A stretch of DNA of 64,000 bases, from NCBI RefSeq assembly GCF_018977255.1, contig NW_024704742.1, positions 84,074,001 through 84,138,000 of the forward strand, in the 5' to 3' direction. The translations under genes and the position numbers were made by a program. The notes beneath the pieces are model-generated. The model was not told the DNA's origin, searched no databases, and worked only from the letters and a program-made list of their open reading frames with translations. Positions within the stretch are counted from its first letter, which is position 1. Each line of letters begins with the position of its first letter. This document shows, piece after piece, positions 11,172 to 23,563 of the stretch. This stretch comes from Callorhinchus milii. Lineage: Eukaryota.

Positions 11172-11910
11172 ATGGACGAGCAGCAGTGCTACTTCAACGA
11201 GAGCATCGCCTTTTTTTACAACCGCAGTGGAAAGCCCCTGGCGAAGGAATGGAATCCAATCAGCAAGCTTGTCATGGGACTAGGCATCACTGTTTGCATC
11301 TTCATCATGCTCGCCAACCTGCTAGTGATGATCGCCATCTATGTCAACAGGCGCTTCCACTTCCCTATTTATTACCTGATGGCAAACCTAGCGGCCGCTG
11401 ACTTCTTTGCGGGCTTGGCATATTTTTACCTGATGTTTAACACGGGGCCCAACACACGCAGGCTGACGGTCAGCACGTGGCTGCTCCGCCAGGGTCTGAT
11501 AGACACCAGCCTCACTGCCTCAGTGGCCAACCTGCTGGCTATCGCCATTGAGCGGCACATAACCGTCTTCCGAATGCAGTTGCACACGAGGATGAGCAAC
11601 CGGCGAGTTGTGGTGGTCATCGTGGTGATATGGACCGTGGCCATTGTCATGGGGGCCATCCCCAGTGTGGGCTGGAACTGTATCTGCTACATCAACAGCT
11701 GCTCCACCATGGCTCCTCTCTACAGCAGCTCCTATTTGATATTTTGGGCCATTTTCAACCTGGTCACCTTCTTGGTCATGGTGATCCTGTACGCGCACAT
11801 CTTCGTCTACGTACGCCAGAGGACTATGCGGATGTCTCGCCACAGTTCAGGACCTCGCAGGAACAGGGACACGATGATGAGCTTACTGAAGACCGTTGCC
11901 ATAGTCCTTG
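11172..11910 (+). CDS. LPAR1: LPAR1 main coding exon (N-terminus through the first half of TM6)
   Basis: Translation MDEQQCYFNESIAFFYNRSGK...NRRFHFPIYYLMANLAAADFFAG...LLRQGLIDTSLTASVANLLAIAIERHITVFRMQLHTRMSNRR...RRNRDTMMSLLKTVAIVLG is near-identical to vertebrate LPA1 as I recall it. Polypyrimidine tract plus AG acceptors at 11161-62 and 11167-68. Donor G|GTAAGT at 11910/11911, phase 1. Confidence 0.98.
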
Positions 11911-14039
11911 GTAAGTAAAGCAGTTGCTGTGTATTATCGTATAGTGTGTGTATGTGTGATACTATTTTCTTTCTGAGATACATGTCTGTTTATCTAAGCT
12001 TTCAGGACAAAGTTTCATGCATGACTGGTTAAAGTTGCCAATTGTTCCTGGCAACTCTCCCCATTAAATGTGTGAGAAAAGGTTTGCCCTTTTTAAACAA
12101 AACATTAAAGTGTTTGCCTATTTGAGGCTCAGCTTAGCCTTTGCTTTCATTTCAACCCTATCTTTTTCGTCTGGCCATCTTTTTGGGGTTTTGTAACAAC
12201 CGTAAAAGCTGTAAATAGCTGTAGCTTATTTGCTAAGTTGTACACGACTATCACTGTGATGTCTGCTGTCCTTCAACTTGTTCAATGCAAACATTTTAAT
12301 GCAATCTCTCAACAAATACATCAGAAATTCCTAGGACTGCACACAGTGTCTCCCTAAACATTGTTTGCAGAATAAAGTGCTATCAGCCATCTGCTTAAGT
12401 TAATAGTGAAAGCCAACTCTGTATTTGTCAGATGAGTCATTTAGGGGAAGATTTTACTAATGCCACTTTCAAGCCCAGTCCCTTGTAATAATAAATTGAC
12501 AAGGGGTTGTGAGACAACTGTGAGCCTACTCTGTAGGTATTCTGCATTCCAGCCAAGAATGGCTTTTTTATTTTGTTCTAGGATAGAAGATACAACTTAT
12601 TTTTTTTTAAATCAAGTTGAAATATCTCCAGCGTTTCACATTGTCAAGTGTGGTGACTACTTTTGTAGGCAAGCATGGCAGCTATTTGCACTAGCAGGTG
12701 CTCATTAGGAGCTATGCAGTGAAATGACCATTTTTTCTGTTGGGCTAATAGTGTCATGGGAGATTTTTAGTGTTTGCCTGAACAGCTAAATGAGGCATTT
12801 CTGTCAATGCATTGCTCCCCAGTATTGCCCTGGAGCATCAGCATCGTTAGAAGCGTACAATTTAACAAAATCGGAGGTCATTCATCCCAATGTGACCCTG
12901 CTAATGCTGTGAAAATTATTCATTTTGTTCCATTCATTCCCCTGTTTTTTATCCCCTGTTTATACATTTCCTTTTCAAATATTTGTCTTAATTTCTTTTG
13001 AAAGCTATTATGTGAGCATGACTCTACAACCTTCTGGCTGAGAAGCACAGAGTACTTACCACAAACTGAGCCAAACTGACGTGCGATGCAGATAAACCAA
13101 ACCGTCATTTTTAACCTTGTCAAAAAAAAAAGAACCACTGGACACAGACTCATCACAGGAGGGAAGAAGCCATCAATTATTTTCCGCTGAGTGTGTGGAG
13201 TATGTTTAATAGACGACCCAGGAGGCTGGCCTCTGTCAGCAAATTCAGGAGGGAATTAGATGCCGATTTGGCAAAATAATTAATTTGAGAGAAAGAGTTT
13301 GGTATAGATTTTTTTTTTTAAAAAGTTACTTTAGAACTGGCCAGATGGACTGAAATAGTCTTTTCTGTGGTGAATGTTCAGGATTGTTTTTTTTAAATAG
13401 AAGTTGGAGCAGCTCACTAATTTGAACAGCATGCTGCAGGTCACCTCCACGTGTTCACTTTTGGGAGAAAAGGGAAAGTATATAATTTATGAGACTTTTT
13501 CTCTCAAGCCCTGGATGCCCTCCATTTTATGTTGTGCAAAATGAAGTGTTTTTGAGCCACAGATACAGCTTGTAGCTGTCATTTTCTAAACTTACTTCAT
13601 GAATTAAAGTGGGTGGTGTTTTGTGGAAGTGGTGTCATAAAGGGGAGGCCAGGCACAGATTGTTTTATATTAAAATACATTTTCAATAAATAAATATCAG
13701 CCAGCAGACATGAGTCATGCTCCAGTGAATTAATGTCTTCAGGAGGGGAGGAGAGAAAATTGGACTGTGTGGGGCGGGCGGGTGGGTGGGTGTTGGTGTG
13801 TGAAAGGAAAAGTCTCATTTTGATCGTCCTCCTAGAAGAAAATTCACACAAGCAAGACTTTTCAAACCAAATGGTGAAATCTTGGGAATGTTGCTTTTCC
13901 TTATGATTCAGAATATTGGATTTTTTTTTACTGCTCCTGCTGCCTTTTACTTTTGGAATTGATAACTATTGATCAGTCCTGTGAGGGTACAGAACACAAT
14001 ATTTCTTCTAAAGTGTGCGAAATTTGCAAAGAACGAAAG

Positions 14040-14870
14040 TTTTTTTGTTACCTCTCCTCCGAGTCCAATTTTCTCCCCTCCCTAATTCTCCTCCTGAAAA
14101 CATAATTTATACTGGTTCATGACTACCATGTCCTCTGGCTGCTATCCAGCAGCTCCTGGCTCAAGTGACCAATCTTCGCATGTGAGTGCTGACTACATGT
14201 TTAGCCATGGTGTGGGCTGGGTTGTGACAGTGTAATAACAGCCAGGGATGATCCTGTTCTCACTCAACACTGGCACTTTCTAGCAGGAATCAATGGAATA
14301 ATAATAATAATAATCCTTGCATTTGATAAAGCGCCTTATCACGTCTTCAAGATGTCTCAATGTACTTTGCAGAAAATACTGTAAAGTGAATTGACTGTAT
14401 ATTTTGTGGGCAAAACGTAGCACCCAATTACACATAGCAGTGTCCCACAAACAGTCATGGATTGAGTGAACAATTTATTATTATTATATTTTGAAGGAAT
14501 TATTACCCCAGGAAAAGTGATTCAACAATCAACTAACAACTGGGTTCCTATGTACTGCTAGGTAAACAAAGGTGTGTGGAGTAAGGAAAATTGCCCATCA
14601 TTTTGTCCTGTCGGGAATTGAACCCAGGTCTCTCTTGTGAGGTGAGTGCTCTAACCACTGAGCTACAGGACTCCACAAGTAGGCGAGAATGAGAGCCCAG
14701 TGACTTTTGTCTATCTCTTTATACCCCTCCACCCAGCCTAGGGATGCTAACATTATTGTAGGACCCCTCCTACTGCCCGTTGCTGAGATTGACTAATTCA
14801 GAGCAGACTAAAAATCAAACGTGGTGGGCACTTTTTAAGTGAGAGCGGCTTAGTTTCACACAAGCCAGTG
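14040..14870 (-). mobile_element. Family B ancient SINE-like repeat, split by the SINE at 14298-14674
   Basis: Reverse-complement similarity to the 9170-9730 and 61670-62050 copies on both sides of the insertion. Confidence 0.6.
14298..14674 (-). mobile_element. Young tRNA-SINE, full length, long subfamily
   Basis: tRNA-like head, extra internal segment at 14503-14573, (ATT)n tail. Confidence 0.9.
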
Positions 14871-14889
14871 GTTTTAACGGTCCATCGGT

Positions 14890-17025
14890 AGATCTGGCTG
14901 GACCTTATCAAATCTTATCGCTCCGCCCTGGCCTCCACTAAATCGTTGTTCTACTCCAAGACAATCTTGGAGGCCAAGGACAACCCCAGGCTCCTTTTCT
15001 CCATCACTAACCGGCTCTTCCGCCTCCCTCTCACGCCTCGCCCATCCTCACCTCAAATGCCAACTGCGAGACGATGCTGGACTTACTCAAATCCAAAATC
15101 GAGGAGATTCGCTCAGCTGCCTCAGCCCTACCGTCTACTACACTCTTCCCATCTCCCCCTCTCAACAACAACAACAACAACAACATTCCATTTATTGAGC
15201 GCCTTTCACGTCGGGAGGACGTCCCAAGACGCTGTACAGTTGGGTCAGGACCCGAGCAGGGGGGAAATGGTCAGGGTGAGGGAAGGGAAGGGAGGGAGCG
15301 AGGAGGGGGTAGAGAGTCGAGAGGGGAGCTGAAGGCACGGTCAAAGAGAAAGGTCTTGAGACCGGCCTTGAAGGAGGAAAGGGAGAAGGCGGCGAAGGCA
15401 CTGGGGGGATAGAGTTCCAGAGCCTAGGGGCTGAGAGGCTGAAGGTCCGGCCACCGATAGTAGGGCGGTTGGGGCTGGGGATGTGGAGCAGACCGGAGCC
15501 AGAGGAACGGAGGGTACGGGCGGGTAGGTAGGGGGATAGTAGGTCGGAGAGGTAGGAGGGAGCAAGGCCGTGAATGGCCTTGTAGGTGAGGGTGAGGATC
15601 TTGAATTCGAAACCTACCCATCCCTCCCTCCACATCTTTGAACCTGTCTCCCACTCCTTTCTCACCACCACTATAACCCACATGCAACCGATCTCCTGCT
15701 CCCTTGACCCCATCCCTACCCCTCTCCTTACCTCCCAGCTCCACCTCCTTGCCCCTCTACTCACAGACATCATAAACCTCTCCCTGTCCACTGGTAGTGT
15801 TCCACCCACATTAAAAACCGCCGTCATCATTCCTATCCTTTAAAAAAAAACTCCCTGGACCCATCTCTACTCTCAAACTACCACCCTATCTCCAACCTCC
15901 CTTTCCTCTCCAAGGTACTGGAACAAGTTGTTGCTTTCTAGCTTCTTTCCTTTCTCTTCTGTCACTCCCTGCATGAGCCCCTCCAATTGGGCTTCCGTGC
16001 TGCCCACAGCACAGAAACAGCCCTGGTTAACATGACAAATGACATTCTGTCCATCTAAGACCAGGGCTCCCTCTGCTTCTTCATCCTCCTTGACCTCTCT
16101 GCTGCCTTCGACACCTTCGACCACTCTATCCTCATCCACCGACTCTCCTCTCTCCTCAACCTTCATGGCTGTGTCCTTTACTGGTTCAGATCATACCTCT
16201 CACACTGCCTCCACTTCATCTCCACAAACGGTTTCTCCTCTACCGCCCGCACAGTCTCGTGCGGAGTTCCTCAGAGCTCAGGCCTTGGTCCCCTCCTCTT
16301 CAATATCTATACGCTCCCTCTTGGTGACATCATCCACAGATATGGGGTCAACTCCCACATGTATTTGGATGACACCCAAATGTACCTCTCTGTCTCCAGC
16401 CTTGACTCCACGACCACTGCTGTCCTGACGGAATGTCTGTCAGACATCAAGTCCTGGATGAGAGCCAACTTTCTTCAGTTGAATGTGAACAAGACCGAGG
16501 CTCTCCTGTTTGGCTCCCGTCAACGCCTCCACACCTCAGGCACTGACAGCATCACCATCCATGGTTGCACACTCCACCTTACTAAGCCAGTCCGCAACCT
16601 TGGGGTCTTGTTTGACCCTCAACTATTCTTTCTACCCCACATCTGCGCCATGACCCACTCTGCAACCTCTTAACCCATTACTATCCTGCTCGCTCCCTCT
16701 GCTCAGCGGGCTCTGGCCTGCTTCACATCCCCCGTTTCACTTGACGCACTATTGGTGGGTGGGTCTTCTGCCACTCTGCCCCCACCCTCTGGATCTCCAT
16801 CCCGCAGTCCCTCCACCTCATCCCCTCCCTTGCCTCCTTCAAGTTTCATCTCAAGACCCTCCTCTTCGACCATGCTTTCGATCACCCTGCCTCCTCACCT
16901 GCCCTCCACCCTCCCCGATCCTGACCCCCAGCTCGAGTCCGAAACTCTTGTCTGTCCAGCACCTTGAGACATCCTCCCGACGTGAAAGGTGCTATACAAA
17001 TGTAATTTTGTTGTTGTTGTTGTTA
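14890..17025 (+). mobile_element. L2 LINE, 5'-truncated decayed ORF2 (RT) plus 3' end
   Basis: Peptides SKTILEAKDNPRLLF, SCSLDPIPT, LKTAVIIPIL, LLDLSAAFDT, GVPQSSGLGPLLF, YLDDTQMY, NFLQLNVNKTE, VRNLGVLFD. Frameshifts and an internal deletion near 16665; (TTG)n tail at about 17010-17023. Confidence 0.95.
15163..15610 (-). mobile_element. Young L2 3' fragment inserted antisense into the older L2
   Basis: (CAA)n tail at 15163-15184; encodes FEFKILTLTYKAIHGLAPSYLSDLL...FSLSAPRLWNSIP; the host L2 resumes at 15611. Confidence 0.92.
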
Positions 17026-18046
17026 TGCAAAAATTAACAGAAAAGTTTCTTTCTGGAATAATTGGAATAATTTCAAACAGTGTGAATATTTGTGTAAATA
17101 ATCCGCACTGACTCCTTACTGAGATGAAACTGGGTGAAAACGAAGAACATGTAAAGTGGATGTGAAATGAATGCTGTTGTGTGGTATTGGTGCGGTCGTG
17201 AGCATCTGTTGTTGTTTCACAGTAGTGTAAGCATGAAGATGTGCCAATATGCTGAGATTACCGGGGCCAAAAAAGTTAGAGTAGGAGAAAGATGAGGAAT
17301 TGATGGAAATGAGACAAAACTGGAAGGGGAAGTGGGTAGAGGTAGGAAATGAGAAAGAAAACCCATGGTAAATAGTGACCATGGAATCTAAAAACGCCCA
17401 TTGAATTCCAGAAATGTGAAAAGGGAAGGAGAAAGATGGTAAAGAACCGAGAGAGAGTCTAGAATGAGAGAAATCAAAAGTCAGCCAAAGGTGGTAAAGA
17501 GTAAAACTTCAGTGTTATAATAGAAATGAAGAGGTGATGGATAAAGAAAGCCTAGGCATTGAGGGAGAATTAAAGGGCTTTTAAGTGATTTTGAATGGGT
17601 GGAAGCAACAAAGTTTAATTTTTTCACGAACGAAAGGAAATGCTCAGAAATAGTTCTTGGTATGGATTGGTACTATTAAATCATGTTCACAGTGGCTGGA
17701 GTTTCAGAGCAAATAACAGAATGAGTACAGCCTTCAGATGCTGCTAAGTAATCATCTGGTCTCCGTCCAAAAGCGATTAAAGAAGCTGCTGTTTCTTTCA
17801 CTGTTGTGTTATCAACTTGGTAGATGCCTCGTACTGTCGGCCCCTGTCACGCCTTGTTGTTCCGAGCCTTCACAATAGCTGTGTGCTGCTGGAGGCTCTA
17901 AGAGCAAAGACTTTCAATGGAAGAATTATCGTTTGGTGCAGGACAGTGACACATCGGGATATCTGCTTGTACTCTGGAATTGGCACGGATTAATTACTTA
18001 GCATTCAGGGAGGCAGGCAGCAGCTGTCAAACTCCTCACGCTGAGA

Positions 18047-18252
18047 TAATAATAATCCCTCAAGAAAAAAAACAATAATGAATTGGTCACTTCAATCCAC
18101 GGTTGTTTGTGGGACACTGCTGTGTGCAATTTGGCTGCCACGTTTCGCCCACAAATATACAATTAATTCACTATACAGTATATTCTGTGAAGCTCTTTGA
18201 GACGTCTAGAAGACGTGAAAAGTGCTATATCAAATGCAAGGATTATTATTAT
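18047..18252 (+). mobile_element. Young SINE 3' half
   Basis: ataataatccctc...gtgggacactgctgtg...gacgtctagaagacgtgaaaagtgctatatcaaatgcaaggattattatt. Confidence 0.9.
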
Positions 18253-19186
18253 TTCTGAAGTACAGAGTTCGATTTGTTGTCTCCACTGGAGATTTTGTTT
18301 TCTTACAGCAAGGACTTATTCTTAGTTAACATTTTCATTCCAATTTGTTGCCTATTGGTGTTGCTAAATTGCTGGAGTTTTAAACAATTTAAATTAGTTA
18401 CTCATCTTTTTGTAACCAAGGTGCTAACCGAACTGAATTCAGACTGTTACATTTTTAGAAATGTCCAGTATCAAGTTTCAAAGTAGTTTTGTATCTATTT
18501 CTATGTGATATTATGAATTAAAATTTTTATAATTTCTTCATCATCGCTTCAATTGGAGATGAGACCGTTTAATCCCATGCAATGAAAGATTGCATGATGC
18601 TATTTGCCAAATTGTATTTATTATTTTATTTGTAGGACTAATTATCCTTACATTTGATTTAATGCCTATAACGTTGAATATATCAGTGTTTCACAAAGTT
18701 TCTGTGCAGACCGTCACATCTGAACAGCAGATCAACAGCATCTGAAGGAGAAAGACATTTTGATGGAATAGATTGATGAAGGACCCTGCTCCATATTTCT
18801 GCTTCTGATATTAAAACTGTAGATTAAAAAATGGTCATTCACCTTGTGGCAGTTTGTGGGACATTGCTGCGCGCAATTTGGCTATCACATTTGCCTACAA
18901 AATACAGACACTACGGTAATATCCACTGAAGATCTTTGAGACATCTCAATGACGTGATAAGGTGCTATATCAAATGCAAGGATTATTATTTTCACTCGGT
19001 GAATCAGTACTGTGAAATTGTAAAATTAAGATAATACTTAAAAGATTACAAGGGGGGGGGGGGGTAGAAAACAATTCTTTACAAATAAGATGGTTACAAT
19101 GTGGAATTCACTGCCACAACCTGTAGTTGAAACGAAGACAACATTTTTTTAAAAAAGGGGAATAGGGTAGATGCTTGAATATCAAA

Positions 19187-19430
19187 ATAATAATCTTGCT
19201 TTTGGTATACCACGTTATCACATCTTCTGAACATCTCAAAGTACTGTAGAGGATTTACTCTTAAGAGTGTAGTATTTGTAGACAAACGTAGCAGTGTCCC
19301 ACAAACAATCATGAAGTGAGTGACCAAGTTTATCTGGAGGATTATTGATCAGGACACCAGGAGAAATTCCTTTCTCTTTTCAAGTAGTGCCATGGGTTCT
19401 TTAACAGATGGTTTAATGGGTCACCTGAAG
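19187..19430 (-). mobile_element. Older DeuSINE-like fragment
   Basis: caggacaccaggagaaattcctttctcttttcaagtagtgccatgggttctttaac central domain plus a decayed tail. Confidence 0.65.
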
Positions 19431-19539
19431 TATCAACCTACACAATAAAAATTCAAAGTCCCAACGTGGTACTTGAATCTATTCTGTTTCACAAACTGTT
19501 GCTATTGTGCGCTGAATACAAGTACTTGGTGGGGATGGG

Positions 19540-19572
<33 letters not shown>

Positions 19573-20347
19573 AATGAATCAATTTTCAGTACTGGCTTTC
19601 TCATTTTTCTTTAATGACGAGCACTAAAATTGACAAGGCTGTTTATTTAGGGAGATAGAAGCATGTGGCTTAATAGTAGGTTGTCGATACTTGCAAACTG
19701 TTGACAGCTTTGGCCAAAACGAGCTGGTAAAACACTTGTGATAAGTTGGTTAGGTAGTGCTGGAATCTGTTGGCATCAATCACTTGTAATTCATGGATGT
19801 GGACGGTTGGCATGTGGCCGACTATAATTTGGCATGTTACAGTAAGCGCAGTGTTGCACTTTCGTCCCAGCCTGGGTTTTGAACAGCGTGACGCTGTTGC
19901 AAAACTTCTTTAAATGCGTCTTTTGACTTTTGTTGTTAATGCTCTGCCAGGTATCGCTGGCTTGATCCACAGTAAAGCCACTTGTTCATTGATTTGGTTT
20001 ATAGGCAAAAAAACAGCCGTGAATTCATGAATTGGTGGTGTGTATGGAGCTGAGCATGAATGATCTTGGACCTGTTGCATGTCTGTTCAAGCCCAAGCTG
20101 ATTTCTGGTGATCCAAGGTTTACATTATATTTTGAATGCTGCAGTGCAGATTGATATCGTTTTAAACAACAATGCTGGGATGCTCAAGCACAAATTCACA
20201 CTTCATAGTAGTTTTCCTGGTACAGTATAAAAATACAATGTTAAAAATAAATGCAGAATCCACATTAGCTTCCAGAAGAAAATTCAATACCTAAAAAAGA
20301 GTAAGGTACAGCAGTATGGGGAAAGTAGCACTGAAAGGATTGTTCTT

Positions 20348-20693
20348 AATAATTTGATATAGCGCCTTATCATGTCTTTAAGACATCTCAAAGCGCTTTA
20401 CGGAATATATAGTAAAGTGAATTAACTGTATATTTTGTGGGCAAAACGTGGCAACCAATTGCACACAGCAGTGTCCCACAAACAGTCGTGGATTGAGTGA
20501 TCAATTTTTAAAGGAATTATTACCCTCAGAAAAGCGATCCGCCAATCGACAAACAACCGGGTTCCTACATACTGCTAGGTAAACAGAGGCCTGTGAAGTA
20601 AGGAAACTTGCCCAACCTTTTGCCCTACCGGGAATTGAACCCAGGTCTCTTGCTTGCGAGGTGAGTGCTCTAACCACTAAACTACAGGACTCC
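20348..20693 (-). mobile_element. Young tRNA-SINE, full length, long subfamily
   Basis: Head ends at 20693; extra segment at 20521-20590. Confidence 0.9.
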
Positions 20694-22959
20694 AAATACC
20701 CATTCAAGATGGGCCAAATGGCCACCTTCTCTGCTGTATTTGTCTATGGTTTATAACACTGAGGTAAACTGCTCTCATTCCTCTAAACTTGTCTGTCTTT
20801 CCTGTTGTAGTACAATCTGTTCCTTGGTCTTCAGGCAAGGAGAATTCATTGTCTCTAAAAAGGCCACAATTCTTTAATCTTGGTTCATTTCCCTTCTTAC
20901 TCCTCCATAATTGAGAGGTAACCAAACATCGAGAGGAATCTTTTAAGTGAGTACTTTTATGAAAGTTCTTTTATAGTGCCATGTCAATATTGTGACCTTG
21001 CTATCCTTTTCATTATATCCAGTGTTCGTCCTACAAACAATGAATCAGACCATCTGGATTCTGGACATATCCTTCCTATTTATATATCAGCTTGTACAGT
21101 CAGTAAATATGATATTGATAACACTGTGGATAGAAACTTTCTGGGCACCATTATATTGTAAATGTAATTTCCAGTTTAAACATTATTTGGCAGGAGGTGA
21201 GAAATGTAATCATGCTGACAATTTTGGTGAGAAACATTATTGGCACACACAATGCGATCTTCAAACTTCAGAACATGACCCGAACTGGGATTGGATCTGT
21301 GTCGTATTTAGTAATAGTTGGGAAGTGTTTGGGTGGATACAAAAACCCAAGGAGCTGAGTGCTGAGTTACAACTATTGGTGTTATTCTTTCCCATTTCCC
21401 TTGTATTGCACCGAGGTAGATCTGTCCACCAATTTCAGGCACACAATATCTTTGGTTTGTGTTTTACACCTCGTATGTGGCAAAACAGCTGGTTGCCATT
21501 TTATTCCTTGTACCTTTTTTTGTTCAAAGTAGGCAATGTACACAGAAACTATTGAAAGACATTTCAGGAAATTATACTCTAGCAAACTGGTAGAGGTCAT
21601 GGAAAGGTTCAAGGATTGCAAGCAAAGGTCAAAGGAATGAAGAGCATAGCAACTTGCCCTGTACAGACCTGGACAACAACAAAATTACATTTATAGCGCG
21701 CCCTTCATGTCAGGAGGACGTCTCAGAGTGCTGGACCACCTAGACACCCTTTAGATATGGAGAGGACTTTACTGCTTGACTTCAAAGTAACAAACTGGTG
21801 GATGGGGCAAAGGAAAGCAAGCAGTCCTGCAGCTGCCTCTGGGCTCATTTTGAATGATCTGTCTGTAGGGACAGAGCCTGGAGTACAGTGCACTACTGAG
21901 AGACAAAGTAAGTTGTCAAGAAGAATGTCAGTGACATCATGCTTTATGAGACTGTAGATTATACAGCAGGTGGAAGGGATGACAGAGGGGGCTAAGGAGA
22001 TTGAGCCTTGAGGGCCTGGGAAAGTGTGTTTAGATAAGTTCAGTACTTGGGTCCAGTGAGAGTTCATTGTAAAAACATGCAGATTCAGGGAGGAAGGGGA
22101 GGACTAGTGAGCAAAGGACTGCCTGGAAGAAGATGGGTCACAGCAATGTCTAGAAAGGAGAATTTGGGCATTGCATGTGAAAGAGTAATTTAAAAGATAA
22201 CAATTCTAGAAAATGTGTAAAGCTCATGTAATGACTGAGCCTCTTCCAATACAGACTTTCCATTATGAAATGTCAGTCTAATAAATACAGGAGCCTCTGC
22301 CTCTGCCCTTAGATGAGCTTCATCTGAAAAAAGTGTGGTTGTATTGCTGCTATAACTAAAATGGTAGATTCCCCTCTCATCTGTCTTCAGATCACACCTT
22401 CTTCACCCATGCCTATTCTCCCCTCCCCTTTCTCCCTGGCTCAGCATCAAGCTCTGCTAATGTAATGTGCTCTGAGCAGCTACCCTGCATGAAGTGTTCT
22501 ATATAAATGCAAGTTGTTGTTATTGTATTGTAAATCTGTGGATTGCAATGAACTGCATTTCCATGTAATACAATAACAAAAATTACATTTGTCTAATGCC
22601 TTTCACTTTGGAAGGATGTCCCAAGGCGCTGAATAGAGTGGGCATGAGGGTCAGTATAAGAATAAACCTAGTAGTAGCACCAGGTTTTCATTATGTTTCA
22701 CATCAGCACCAAGTCATAAACACTCATTAGTATGACTTCAAACTGTGGCTCATTCATATCAGCTCTTGTCTAAACCTGGCTTGTGAGAATGACCTCTCAA
22801 GGCAGGTAATGAGTTTATTAGGGAAGTTATGCTACCTTCTAAATAGAGAAAAAATTGGGCCAATACAAAACTTGCTGGCACTAGGTTTCAGACACCCATT
22901 CAAAGCAAAGCAAGGTTTGTTTTCATACTTGGAGTGAGCCAATAGCCATTTTTGTAGAA

Positions 22960-23563
22960 GTGGGGGCCAAGTGGCTAAAGGCCCGCAAGCCAATGGTGGG
23001 GCAAGCGAGGCGGGGAACGTGAAGCAGGCTGGGGCCTGCTGAACGGAGGGAGTGCACAGGTTAGTAGAGGTTAGGAGGTCATAAAGGTAAGGGGGAGCAA
23101 GACCATGGAGGGCTTTGAAAGTCCGAATCAAGATCTTGAACTATATCCTCTGTATGATGGGAAGCCAGTGGAGTCGGGCGAGGAAGGGGATGATTGGGTC
23201 ACAGAGCCTGGGGTGGGAGAGGACATGGGTTGCAGAGTTCTGGATGATCTGCAGCCTATGGAGGGAGGAGTTGGGGAGGCCGACAAGTAGGGAGTTTGTG
23301 TAGTTGAGCCTGGATGTTGTGAATGCATGTATGAGGGTTTTGGCGGCCTGCAGTGTGAGACAGTGGCAGAGCCAGACGATGATGTGGAGGTGGGGGAAGG
23401 CAGAGCAGGTCATGGCATGGAAGTGGGGTAGAATGGATAGTTGAGGGCCAAACAAGATGCCAAGGTTCCGGACTGGCTCGGTGAGGTAGAATGTGCATCC
23501 TTGGATGCTGATGCTGTCAGTGCCTGAGGTGTGGAGCCAATCAGGAGGGCCTCGGTCTTGTTT
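22960..23563 (-). mobile_element. L2 ORF2 C-terminal fragment
   Basis: PVRNLGILF...TLIHAFTTSRLNYTNSLLVGLP...LQIIQNSA...LARLHWLPI. Confidence 0.92.

Noticed and set aside
11084..11914. Alternate-frame and antisense ORFs overlapping the LPAR1 exon
   Set aside because: Expected shadows of a GC3-rich coding exon; no recognisable homology.
11911..11918. ORF-track ending ...VLGK* suggesting a truncated 248-aa receptor
   Set aside because: Read-through into the GTAAGT donor; the protein continues in exon 56056-56354.
20992..21555. 187-aa hydrophobic ORF in the intron
   Set aside because: Non-ATG start, AT-rich composition, no recognisable domain or splice support.
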